Source: a virus
Virus record (IMG/VR): IMGVR_UViG_3300028920_000035
Location: 64,001 to 128,000 of that record
Direction: 5' to 3' (one strand)
Length of the DNA stretch: 64,000 nt
Part shown: positions 21,401-29,285 of the stretch, one piece after another
Layout of the letters: each line of letters opens with the position of its first letter
How positions within the stretch are numbered: position 1 is the stretch's first letter
Notes under the pieces: generated by a model
What the model saw: the letters and a program-made list of their open reading frames with translations, nothing else
Told to the model about the DNA's origin: nothing
Databases searched by the model: none
Position numbers and translations under genes: made by a program

Positions 21401-22449
21401 AGCTGGACGAGACCGCGCTGTCCCGTCCCAACGAGAAGGTGCTGGAGGTCCTGTCGAGCGTGAGTTTTTACACCACCTTGGGCACAGGTCGCCTCTCCGG
21501 TGACTTCGAGGGTACCAACGTTCTGACCAACGTGTGCTTCGAGGATGCCGCCAACTACCCTCCAGGCAGTCCCACCGACGACCGCCCGACGCTCCTAGTG
21601 GGCGCGCTCCACGACGAGACCTTCTCTCTCGGCACCGAGTACTTGGGGTGCACCACTCGCCTTCCCATGGGCGCGCTCTTCCGGGACAAGGACTTCCGCG
21701 GCAACCTGCCAGGTGGAGGCTCAGTCCAGCGTCCATTGGTCATCGTGGATGACCACTCCCCAGGTACGTTCGCGGCGGGCATCCAAGCCGGCAAGACCTA
21801 CGAGCAGAACGAACTACCCGTCAGCACGTCCAGCGTGGCCGCCGGGCATGGTGGTGAGGTCGTGGTCCACGTGGACGGCGAGACCGGCAATTACGGCCTA
21901 CTAACCAACTACCGTACGACCCGCGGGGGCTCGGCCTTCGTGGCAAGCGGGCCTCATCCCGGCGGCGAACTGGGAAATGCCTTCGCCGTGGCGGGCCCCA
22001 GCCCCAGTTGGGCTGGTGTACTTACGGGCACAGCGTACCTCGTGCGCAATACCCCGACCAACATCGGCGCCACCGAGGTCAGCGCGGGCAGCGAGCTGAT
22101 GATGCTGGTTGTCACCACGGCCCAACGACGGGGCCCGTCGGGCGCTGAGATGCGGACCATCATCGGCACCAGTGGATCCTGGGAAGGCTACTCCGCGGCG
22201 GACCTCTACCGTCTGGATGGGCACCCCCTGGTTAACGACCATGTGCGCCTCGACCTTGATCCGGGAGAGGTCGCGCTCTCTCGAAAGATCCCCTGGCAAG
22301 CCTTTGCTGGCGGGCCCCTATCGGTTTCGGCCCTGGCCGTCGCACCTTCCCCAGAGCCTCCAACCCCCGCCCAAGGGCACGTCATCTGGTCCGATGGAAC
22401 CTCACTATACGTGAAGGATTCCAACGGCTCCATCAGCACTCTTCCCTGA
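18421..22449 (+). CDS. Large baseplate/tail structural protein, paralog of 11810..14383
   Basis: Shares N-terminal motifs with 11810. LIRIGDEVMSYSSITG..LT.RG.QGT.A.SH.AG fibre-associated module. Confidence 0.7.
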   Translation: MANNFGTGVSRALDPSQRQMVQVIWQEGKPPLDSELNLLQQLAAEWQRTAVLRNSPSGWLGSASNPSEVYETNVNWSNWFKFGRQRTGDQLDVQWAVVNGWLIPVTGTGTGTPPGSPNDSDTWNKITLNPPPSNSGDARIDFVFLEVWQARVPPNPSDVNKPAVDSIYRYGNIEGGYSYLADDLQDSAIGFETTARVQIQYRLRVVSGLVGLTSYPDGFDPSVVKARGAASTDTSFTFTNMAKTLNDPGLWRAGDGSANALNTVDGYTYAIPLAVIFRRNSVAWDGDPAQNLNGGVNRNPTAIDRTGATTFTTTPTLASDLDASSLSLILSSISNIPLPLNPASDVLIRIGDEVMSYSSITGSTMTLTARGAQGTKAESHAAGTEVEILSGRPDGLYADQISKTDLYDVRHVVNPNGFDYDTLLRTNLDRLLRGTMRSNWKRTGAGPRGTFVNYQDKIGSSAALGVTTVGAADNVRQVYSDASVVQPYTAIVRSTTNGIIAAEPISLTWDLSVEANLQRPANTQYIGSAGDTVTIGIAQFKNSGIDSDQVRFATTQDFAGAVEIRQETSGSPLVEGPDYTLTTPTTSDDDLVITFTGSFGTYDREFHIKFHLIYGPGVGLSRRPDSVSSVVLLNPDSSILSQQENIPTNNVPMRAAWLPLWSKHRADSANPTLLNSLPVTAEAYVDPGSKTVAFTPFRKIEFSNYQPLISSTGPHENDPLALFLPAPSTFHFLQVDDDLMPKWGAVRVPIRHTADATFKGGINFGVCDDPTGAFNSDFLADAKFTTWNFVSSSSAAYNTLIATPGQDYAGIRHFTDTRGLGRKGLELPPQYGIARLYAVYEALDFDNPVTPGQPVNLLKQTFDGDTFWIETNSGEETFILNAECIDISRSPNPIVDFASGQYVIEAVIFGFTAGSWDRGGSPFGLLLRTGHADPVDMPTLVIPAPLPDNDEAAINYSRTPYMGDAWASQTTQTDLPYLPGPIASSVAYQLATTELDETALSRPNEKVLEVLSSVSFYTTLGTGRLSGDFEGTNVLTNVCFEDAANYPPGSPTDDRPTLLVGALHDETFSLGTEYLGCTTRLPMGALFRDKDFRGNLPGGGSVQRPLVIVDDHSPGTFAAGIQAGKTYEQNELPVSTSSVAAGHGGEVVVHVDGETGNYGLLTNYRTTRGGSAFVASGPHPGGELGNAFAVAGPSPSWAGVLTGTAYLVRNTPTNIGATEVSAGSELMMLVVTTAQRRGPSGAEMRTIIGTSGSWEGYSAADLYRLDGHPLVNDHVRLDLDPGEVALSRKIPWQAFAGGPLSVSALAVAPSPEPPTPAQGHVIWSDGTSLYVKDSNGSISTLP

Positions 22450-22472
22450 GGACACTATCCCGGTGCTCTGAG

Positions 22473-22685
22473 ATGACCAAGAGACACGCCACCCGCAAGC
22501 CCTCCCCTCTGATGCTCATGCGTAGGCAGGCCAGAGCGACTCGCCAGGCGCTCCAGGAAGCGGCCCTAGTAGTGAGTACCCTCCCGTCAGAGCCGCCGTC
22601 AGAGCCGCCGTCAGAGCCGAAGAAAGGCAACCACCACCAAGTCATCGTCACTGAGACGCTGGCCTCAAATGAATCTGCGGGATAG
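22473..22685 (+). CDS. Small hypothetical protein
   Basis: Fills the intergenic gap; contains an in-frame 12-nt repeat. Confidence 0.3.
   Translation: MTKRHATRKPSPLMLMRRQARATRQALQEAALVVSTLPSEPPSEPPSEPKKGNHHQVIVTETLASNESAG
22584..22619 (+). repeat. 3 x 12-nt tandem repeat CCGTCAGAGCCG
   Basis: Read directly; encodes (PSEP)3. Confidence 0.9.
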
Positions 22686-22716
22686 AGCCCCGCGGTAGAT
22701 ACGGAAGGAATGTAAA

Positions 22717-23124
22717 ATGGACCCCATTCAAGCACTTTGGAACCCAGGCACCCTCATCGTCGCGATGGTGGCCGTTATCGGCACGTTTTTCATTCGGCAG
22801 ATCGTCGAAACCATCGTGCCAGACCTCAAGAAAACCAGTGACGAGAACGACCTGACTCAAGCCACCTACAAGACCCAGTTCGCACGGTGGTGGAACAAGG
22901 TCATCCTTCATGCACTGCCCGTCTTCATCGGCGGCCTGTGTGGGTTGGGGCACAGCGTCTGGCTCTTCCCTGGGGTCGACACTACCGGCGCCCGCGTGAT
23001 GGTCGGCATCGTCCTTGGCTGGTTCAGCACTTTCCTTTACAAGATCATCCGCAAGGTCGTCAAACAGAAGACCGGTGTCGAGATCCATGAAGGTCCTCCA
23101 CCCGTGGGCACACCCCAGGATTGA
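22717..23124 (+). CDS. Putative holin (about 3 TM segments)
   Basis: Hydrophobic segments LIVAMVAVIGTFFI, VILHALPVFIGGLCGL and VMVGIVLGWFSTFLY followed by basic KIIRKVVKQK. Located after the tail genes. Confidence 0.6.
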   Translation: MDPIQALWNPGTLIVAMVAVIGTFFIRQIVETIVPDLKKTSDENDLTQATYKTQFARWWNKVILHALPVFIGGLCGLGHSVWLFPGVDTTGARVMVGIVLGWFSTFLYKIIRKVVKQKTGVEIHEGPPPVGTPQD

Positions 23125-23133
23125 GAGGTCCCC

Positions 23134-23664
23134 GTGGCGTTCTGGAAGTCTTTTGGCCAGACGCTCAAGAAGGGATGGGACTGGTTCTCGGTTTGGATTC
23201 TGGGCCCCGGTGCGGCCCTGTTCGTAGTCCTGGGAGCCCTCGTTCTACTCTTCTTCGGCGCCAAAAACGTTCAGGTTGGTGGGATCCTCGACAAGCTGTT
23301 CAATCGCGACCGCAAGGACGGGGGCGGAGGCAAGGCCGTAGACGTTGCCAACACCGTCCCCAAGGGTCGTGTCGACAAGGACGGCAAGATCATCAAGCCA
23401 GGCGAACCCGACAGCAAGGGCACGACCCAGGCGGTGGTGGTCCCCATCAAAAAACCCGGGCTGTTCAAGCGGCCCGACAAGGTAGAGATTGTGCCACCGG
23501 GCAAGAAAGAGCCCGTCGAGATTGATCTCCCCGACGGTGTGAAGGCAAAGGACGTGGATGCCGTTATCATCGTCAAGCCCAACGTGAAAGTCGTCGCCGT
23601 CAAGCAGCACAGCCAGGTCAAGGGCAAAGACCTTGACGACTTGCTCGACAGGTACGGAGGATGA
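23134..23664 (+). CDS. Single-pass membrane protein, possible lysis/spanin-like inner-membrane subunit
   Basis: GTG start with GAGG RBS; N-terminal TM (WILGPGAALFVVLGALVLLFF); Lys-rich soluble domain. Confidence 0.55.
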   Translation: MAFWKSFGQTLKKGWDWFSVWILGPGAALFVVLGALVLLFFGAKNVQVGGILDKLFNRDRKDGGGGKAVDVANTVPKGRVDKDGKIIKPGEPDSKGTTQAVVVPIKKPGLFKRPDKVEIVPPGKKEPVEIDLPDGVKAKDVDAVIIVKPNVKVVAVKQHSQVKGKDLDDLLDRYGG

Positions 23665-23671
23665 GGTAGCG

Positions 23672-24274
23672 ATGATTCCCTTCATCATCTTTGGAGCTGA
23701 CACCGTCACCACGACGGCCGCGCCCGTGCAGGAATGCCAGGGGACCTGCGTCCCTGATGAAGACCTCCAGACGCTGCTGGCGGCGGCTCGCGAGCTACGG
23801 TGCTACAAGCCGGACAGCGACCACTACCAGGCGCCCACGCTTGAAGCTGACCCCATCACCATCATCGTGGACGAAGACAACCGTGTCTTCTTCAGCGGCG
23901 CCGAGCCCCATCCCTACAAGCTCCACCTCAAGTGGTGCGAGACCGAGGTGGAGTTCGAGGGTAAGCTCAACGTCGTTGCTGCCGTCCAGGAGGACCCCTG
24001 GTGGGGGTTCCGCTTCCGACCCAAGGCGTACCTTGGGTACCTGCCCCTCGTCGCTCTGGAGAGCAAGGAGGGGCTCGACGGGATGGATGCGGGGCTGCTC
24101 CTCGATTTCTTCTATGTCAGCTGGTTCAACGTCAATGCCGCGGTCGGATTCCGCAGTGTGGGCGCGGGATTTGGCATCGATATCACGAAGAACTTCGGGG
24201 GCTACGTCGGCTATGGGCTGAGCTATCAAGAGCCCTACCACGGGGTCAATGGTGCTCTTTGGTTCGCGTTCTGA
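23672..24274 (+). CDS. Putative outer-membrane beta-strand protein
   Basis: GAGGT RBS. C-terminal ~80 aa of amphipathic strands ending GALWFAF (terminal Phe as in OMP beta-signals). Confidence 0.5.
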   Translation: MIPFIIFGADTVTTTAAPVQECQGTCVPDEDLQTLLAAARELRCYKPDSDHYQAPTLEADPITIIVDEDNRVFFSGAEPHPYKLHLKWCETEVEFEGKLNVVAAVQEDPWWGFRFRPKAYLGYLPLVALESKEGLDGMDAGLLLDFFYVSWFNVNAAVGFRSVGAGFGIDITKNFGGYVGYGLSYQEPYHGVNGALWFAF

Positions 24275-24284
24275 TTCCTCTTGT
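24273..24284 (+). promoter_or_regulatory. Class B element GATTCCTCTTGT, 15 nt before ATG 24300
   Basis: Same motif and spacing as at 56933, 48129 and 25357(-). Confidence 0.6.
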
Positions 24285-24299
24285 GGGTCGGGTCTGGTG

Positions 24300-24875
24300 A
24301 TGGCCTATCGCTATGACCGTCGGACGGCGGCCGGGCCCATTCCCCTTGACAAGGGTGATATCAAGGAGCTGGCGGACCGCATCCTGAAGAAGCTGCCTCT
24401 ATACCTCAAGTTCCGTGACGACTACATGGACACTCCCATGCAGAGGGCGCGGGGGTACAATCCCAACCGTTGGCAGTACGAGGTTGAGGAAGGTTTCTCG
24501 ACGACCAACGTGCGCAACCACCCGATTCAGGTCGAGGTACATGTTGGCTTCAAAAAGCCTGAAGTTGCGTGGGGTGGGCGTGACTATGTCACCGGGGGAG
24601 CGGTTTCGTCACGATGGTATGGGGCGGATCGACGCGGCCGGGGGCGCGGCTTTGGTCTGCACACCAAGCTGACCGTCAACTCCACGCAATTTGTCGAACA
24701 GGCGTTGAAAGCATCAGCAACCTGGAAGCGCATTCAAGGCGCATTGAATCCCCACAACGAGCGCAAGATTCGAGAAGCCGTGTCACGGGCCCTGGTGCGT
24801 GAATGGCCACGTCTACAAGAGCTGTACCCTCAGGACCCTGACGACGAGTGGGACGAGACGCTCAACCTACCCTAG
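24300..24875 (+). CDS. Hypothetical protein with N-terminal YDRRTAA tag (candidate virion cargo)
   Basis: Starts MAYRYDRRTAA, similar to MTYDYRIAA of 60638. Confidence 0.6.
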   Translation: MAYRYDRRTAAGPIPLDKGDIKELADRILKKLPLYLKFRDDYMDTPMQRARGYNPNRWQYEVEEGFSTTNVRNHPIQVEVHVGFKKPEVAWGGRDYVTGGAVSSRWYGADRRGRGRGFGLHTKLTVNSTQFVEQALKASATWKRIQGALNPHNERKIREAVSRALVREWPRLQELYPQDPDDEWDETLNLP

Positions 24876-25329
24876 CGACTAGCTGCCGTTGTTTGATTTC
24901 GCCGAGCAGCTCGCGAGTGGCACGCATCAAGGCCATCCCTGCGACCTCAGGGGCGGACTTCTTGACGACCTCTACTCGCTTGTCAAGCTGGGGGCGCCGG
25001 TCGAAGTCGAAGGGTACATAGGAAACCAGAACCTGGGCAGCGCGGGGTACTGAAAGGGCAATAGAAAAGGCGTCCAGGTGGTGACGTCCGGTAAAGAAGT
25101 AGTAGACCACACCACGGGACTCGCTCGCTCCCAGCTGGTAGCGCTCCCCGGTAGCCTTCGAGATCATGAACATAAAGCGCTCAAGCATAGCGTTGAGGCT
25201 CAGCTTGGCTTCGACGAACCCCTCGCCTGGGTCAAAGGCAACACGCGTACGAACCCAGTTGGGTACCTCCAGCGTCGGACGAAGTCGGTGAAGGTAGTAG
25301 CGGGCGGCGACTCTCTTTGCGATGCTCAT
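24862..25329 (-). CDS. Hypothetical protein with N-terminal IAKRVAARY tag (candidate virion cargo)
   Basis: Start reassigned to ATG 25329 (MSIAKRVAARY); class B element 16 nt upstream. Confidence 0.65.
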   Translation of the reverse strand: MSIAKRVAARYYLHRLRPTLEVPNWVRTRVAFDPGEGFVEAKLSLNAMLERFMFMISKATGERYQLGASESRGVVYYFFTGRHHLDAFSIALSVPRAAQVLVSYVPFDFDRRPQLDKRVEVVKKSAPEVAGMALMRATRELLGEIKQRQLVARVG

Positions 25330-25345
25330 CACCGTAGCGAGCGGA

Positions 25346-25357
25346 ACAAAAGATTGT
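25346..25357 (-). promoter_or_regulatory. Class B element ACAATCTTTTGT, 16 nt before ATG 25329
   Basis: Reverse complement of acaaaagattgt. Confidence 0.55.
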
Positions 25358-25423
25358 GGTGTCGTTGAGGGTACACCACTACCGGTTGTGAGTGGCTGAA
25401 AAGACGTGGTTCTGCTTAAGGGC

Positions 25424-25434
25424 CGGTGTAGCCT
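25424..25434 (+). promoter_or_regulatory. Class A promoter CGGTG-TAGCCT, 6 nt before ATG 25441
   Basis: CGGTGTA is conserved upstream of eight genes/operons. Confidence 0.65.
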
Positions 25435-25440
25435 GAGGAA

Positions 25441-28329
25441 ATGCCAGATCCGATCAAGCTGTCGACCAAGCAGCGGGAGAAGTACGATCATCTTCTGAAG
25501 GTTCGAGCCAGCAAGACCTGCACGCTCAAGGGTACGCCACGGATGGCGAAGGAGATCACGGGTCTCGATGGGCAGCGAGTCCCTTTCAAGTTGCGGTACT
25601 ACCAGGTCCAGGGTGCATACCATTTGCTGGCGATGCGGCGCATGGTCTTGGGGGATGCGACGGGTCTAGGTAAGACCGTTGAGGCACTGGTGGCCATGGC
25701 GCACATCTGGGGCATTGAGCCATCGACGCGCTTCGTGATCGTCGCTCCCAAGAGTGCCCTGTACCAGTGGGCTAGCGAGATCGAACGCTTTCTCGTGGGC
25801 GTTGAGCCCATCGTGGTCGAAACCCCTAAAGCGGCCAAGGGACGGGCTCGCATCCAAGCTCGCGGAGATGCCTACCGTCGTTGGCTCGAAGCCATGAACG
25901 AGCGTCGGCATGCCGTGCTGATCATGAACTACGCAACCCTGATCCGGGACTGGAATCACGGCGCGTTTCAACCCGCGTTGCCCAACGGCAAACCCGACCC
26001 TAAGGCGCCCGTCAAGCCAGGACTCCTCGACCGAGTGATGGCGGCTGCGACCCGACGTAACCTAGGTGTCTTCTTTGACGAATGTTTCGACTACCACACA
26101 CCAATCACCTTGGCGGATGGGTCCACTGAATTGATCGGCAAGATTGTCTGCACCAAGACTCCGGTTGAGGTGCAATCGTGGAATTTTGAGAAGGGTTGTG
26201 CAGAGACGAGAAGGGTCGTGTCCTGGTTTCGCAACCCGTTGCGTGACCATCACCTGTTGAAGATATCGTTTCGATATGCCAACTCTTGCCGGGTCACCAA
26301 GAGCCATAAATTCTACAAGACCAACGGCAAGTCTGTTCGTGCCGGCAGCCTGAGGCCCGGCGCTGAGACGGCTTTCTTGAGTCTGAAGGTCCCCTCCTTT
26401 GACCAAGAGCAAGTTGTCTTGGGAAGCCTGCTTGGCGACGCTTGCATCCGCAACCCAGAAGGGGCTTGGGGGGTCACGTTTACCCAAGGTGAGGACCAGC
26501 TAGACTATCTGACTTTCAAGCGAGAGGTCCTGTTGTCGCTAGGAGTGTCTGAGTTCAACTCCGGGCCCAGTGGCTACAACCCTGCTAAAACCGTACACCA
26601 CTTCAGGTTGGGGGCGAACCCTTTCATCAACTCGCGGCACCACCTGCACAATGGGGCCCGTAAGACGGTCACAGTCGATTGGTTGGACGCCATTCAACCT
26701 CTCGGCTTGGCGGTCTGGTACGGAGACGACGGCTCTCTTGGAGAGTATCGCTCCAAGAAAGGTGCAATTCGGCGCCACATCATTCTCAACACACAAGGTT
26801 TCACCAAAGCCGAAAACGACCTTCTAGCAGGTTGGTTAAGGTGGCGGTGGGGTGTCAAAGCCAAGGTGCGCCTGTCGAGCAAAGGTTTCTACCTGTACCT
26901 TCCCCACGATGCAGCCGAACGCTTTTTGGGGTTGCTACCAGGGGCTTTGCCTGGGATCGAGTACAAATTTCCCGACAAGAAGCCTCTCCCGCTTCTCGAC
27001 AGAGAACCTCACACGGGATTAGTTCGAGATGAGGTTGTGGAGGTGGTACCCTGGTCACGGGCGCCCAAGAAGCGCGACTGCCAACAATATGTCTATGATA
27101 TCGAGGTGGAGGGTAACCATAACTACTTCGCGGCTGGAACGCTCGTCTCTAATTGCCAGGCATTCAAGAACATGCGCACGAAAACCTGGGAGATCTGTCG
27201 CTACTTGTCAGACAGATCAGACCGGGCCTATGGGCTTAGTGCGACCATCATCCAGAATCGCCTGGAGGAAGCGTTTGCCATTTTCAAGTGCCTTGTTCCC
27301 AAGCTATTCACCACGAAGACAGCATTCCTGGAGGACTACTGCCACACGCAGCTTCAGCCGGTCAAAGGAGGGCGCAAGGTACCGATCGTCGTAGGGTACA
27401 AGAACCTCAAGCACTTTCGGAATCGCATTGACCCCTTCTACTTGGGACGGCTCAAGCACGAGGTCAGTGATGAGCTACCGGTCCTGACGACACGTGAGGT
27501 CCGGGTCACTCTCAGCAAGGCCGAAGAGGTCAAATACAGGGAAGCCCTGACCGGTGTGCTGGAACTGGGCGATGGTGATGTGCGCGACTATGAAGAGCAC
27601 AAGGCATTGGTCGCCCTGACCTACTGCCAGCAAGTCGTCAACTCGCTCGCCCTGCTCAAGTTCGAGGAAGGAGATGAGGTAGGTCACGACCAATTCGACC
27701 TTGAAGCAGGAGACTACAAATCACACAAGGTCGGATCCCTCAGCAGCAAGGAACAGGCGTTGGTCGATCTGCTCACCGAAGAGTTGGATGGTCAGAACGT
27801 CATTATCTACACGCGGTTCGAGTCATGGGTCGGCCGCCTCCAGACCATTCTGAAAAGGCACAAGATCGAGGCGGTTCGCATCACGGGCAGGGAGACCAAT
27901 GCTAAATTGAGGCGAGAGGCCCAGGAAGCCTTCCAGGACCCTCAGAACCCGGTGCGAGTTGTGGTCATCACCGACGCCGGTAGCGAGTCTATTAACCTCC
28001 AGACGGCCATCGCCGAGGTCTTCCTCGATAGTCCCTACAATTGGGGCAAGTACGTGCAGATCATTGGTCGCATGATCCGCATTGGGTCCCCTCACCGCGG
28101 TGTGCTCGCCTACCATTTCATTGCCGAGCGGCCCCTCAAGAAGGACGCACGGACTATTGACGATCATGTGCTCAAGCTGTTGGCGAAGAAGAAGAACCTC
28201 GTTGACAAGGTGCTGGGAGAGGCAGCTGTGGGCGCCTTGGAGTTCGACTCTGACGACACCAACTCCATCCGGGCGCTTATCAACGCGATGGCCGGCAAAG
28301 AGGGAGACGCGAAGAAGGGGAAGAAGTGA
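25441..28329 (+). CDS. SNF2-family helicase/ATPase with intein
   Basis: LRYYQ, GDATGLGKT, FFDE|CQ (after splicing), LSAT, SESINLQ, QIIGRMIRIG. Confidence 0.92.
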   Translation: MPDPIKLSTKQREKYDHLLKVRASKTCTLKGTPRMAKEITGLDGQRVPFKLRYYQVQGAYHLLAMRRMVLGDATGLGKTVEALVAMAHIWGIEPSTRFVIVAPKSALYQWASEIERFLVGVEPIVVETPKAAKGRARIQARGDAYRRWLEAMNERRHAVLIMNYATLIRDWNHGAFQPALPNGKPDPKAPVKPGLLDRVMAAATRRNLGVFFDECFDYHTPITLADGSTELIGKIVCTKTPVEVQSWNFEKGCAETRRVVSWFRNPLRDHHLLKISFRYANSCRVTKSHKFYKTNGKSVRAGSLRPGAETAFLSLKVPSFDQEQVVLGSLLGDACIRNPEGAWGVTFTQGEDQLDYLTFKREVLLSLGVSEFNSGPSGYNPAKTVHHFRLGANPFINSRHHLHNGARKTVTVDWLDAIQPLGLAVWYGDDGSLGEYRSKKGAIRRHIILNTQGFTKAENDLLAGWLRWRWGVKAKVRLSSKGFYLYLPHDAAERFLGLLPGALPGIEYKFPDKKPLPLLDREPHTGLVRDEVVEVVPWSRAPKKRDCQQYVYDIEVEGNHNYFAAGTLVSNCQAFKNMRTKTWEICRYLSDRSDRAYGLSATIIQNRLEEAFAIFKCLVPKLFTTKTAFLEDYCHTQLQPVKGGRKVPIVVGYKNLKHFRNRIDPFYLGRLKHEVSDELPVLTTREVRVTLSKAEEVKYREALTGVLELGDGDVRDYEEHKALVALTYCQQVVNSLALLKFEEGDEVGHDQFDLEAGDYKSHKVGSLSSKEQALVDLLTEELDGQNVIIYTRFESWVGRLQTILKRHKIEAVRITGRETNAKLRREAQEAFQDPQNPVRVVVITDAGSESINLQTAIAEVFLDSPYNWGKYVQIIGRMIRIGSPHRGVLAYHFIAERPLKKDARTIDDHVLKLLAKKKNLVDKVLGEAAVGALEFDSDDTNSIRALINAMAGKEGDAKKGKK
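26083..27153 (+). mobile_element. Intein with LAGLIDADG endonuclease in the SNF2 Walker B motif (357 aa)
   Basis: Begins CFDYHTPI, ends YDIEVEGNHNYFAAGTLVSN, +1 Cys; blocks LGSLLGDA and AVWYGDDGS. Confidence 0.92.
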
Positions 28330-29285
28330 CCGACGAGCTGTGCCCCCGTTGTGGAAAGGCGCCCATTGAAGGGTGTCGGGGGAAGGGGTTCATCCTGAAG
28401 GAGTCCGCCACTGGAGAGACCTCGCGGACTTGCCCGAACATCTTGATCGGACGCTTCTACGCAAAGTGGCAGCGAACCTTGGGGCAGGATGCTCAGCCTA
28501 TGATCGACATTCCGCCCGACAAGCGGTATCGGGAGTCCCCCCTCTACGTGAAGGGGGAGATCGACCTGACTCGGAACAACCTGCTCATCACTGGGTGTGC
28601 GTGGATTCGCTTCTTGAACCACCTGCGCTGGGTTCTGCTTGTGAAAGGTCTTGACTTTCATGCGCGGACCACAACGGATGCCCGCATCCAAAACGTGTTT
28701 GTCGGAGCTGAGGCCACGAAGGGCAGTCCCGACAACAAACACGAGTTCCTCACCACAAACCGGTCCCTTTACGACCACGCGGCTCCGCCGGATCTGCTGA
28801 TTATTCGACTAGGGGTGTTGAGCTACCGGTACAAATCAGCTCCTGGTGCTTTACTGGATACATTGCGTATCAGGGAGTCGCTGCACCGCCCCGTTTGGCT
28901 AGTGGAAATCCCAGGCCGCCCCTTCGAGGATTGTGCTTCTCATGACGGGGACGTTGAGGTGGAAATCAGCCGATTCCCTCGACTGGAGCTTGGAGCCGAT
29001 GACCACGACCCGAGCGCCCTTGACATGACCGAGGGGGAAGACCTGTTGGGAGAATTGGGTGAACCCGAACCCATAGACGAACCCGTAGACGAGCCGATGG
29101 GAAGGGTCGAGGAAGGAGTCGAAGAAGACGAAGAAGACGAAGACGAAGACGACAAAGAAGAAGATGAAGAGGACCTTTGTGGCGAAGATAGTCCGATCGG
29201 CGGTCCTTCTAACCCCTGGGCCCGCGGTCGGGGTTATCCAAAGAAGCGAGGGGGAGGGGGAGGGGGAGGGGGAGGTCCAATATGA
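28326..29285 (+). CDS. Degenerate DnaC/IstB-like helicase-loader homolog with N-terminal Cys cluster and acidic tail
   Basis: CPRC..C..TCP; NLLITG (eroded P-loop); DLLIIRLG (cf. DLLILDDLG); immediately upstream of dnaB. Confidence 0.5.
   Translation: MTDELCPRCGKAPIEGCRGKGFILKESATGETSRTCPNILIGRFYAKWQRTLGQDAQPMIDIPPDKRYRESPLYVKGEIDLTRNNLLITGCAWIRFLNHLRWVLLVKGLDFHARTTTDARIQNVFVGAEATKGSPDNKHEFLTTNRSLYDHAAPPDLLIIRLGVLSYRYKSAPGALLDTLRIRESLHRPVWLVEIPGRPFEDCASHDGDVEVEISRFPRLELGADDHDPSALDMTEGEDLLGELGEPEPIDEPVDEPMGRVEEGVEEDEEDEDEDDKEEDEEDLCGEDSPIGGPSNPWARGRGYPKKRGGGGGGGGGPI
29250..29275 (+). repeat. (GGGGGA)4GG G-quadruplex-capable tract overlapping the dnaB RBS
   Basis: Four G5 runs separated by single A; GGAGG at 29271-29275, ATG at 29282. 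Confidence 0.85.

Noticed and set aside
25330-25623. 98-aa extension of the minus-strand 24862 ORF
   Set aside because: It overlaps the SNF2 gene and the divergent promoters; ATG 25329 matches the tag register and class B spacing.
29234-29242. DnaA-box-like TTATCCAAA
   Set aside because: Single mismatched copy inside a CDS, with no AT-rich unwinding region.
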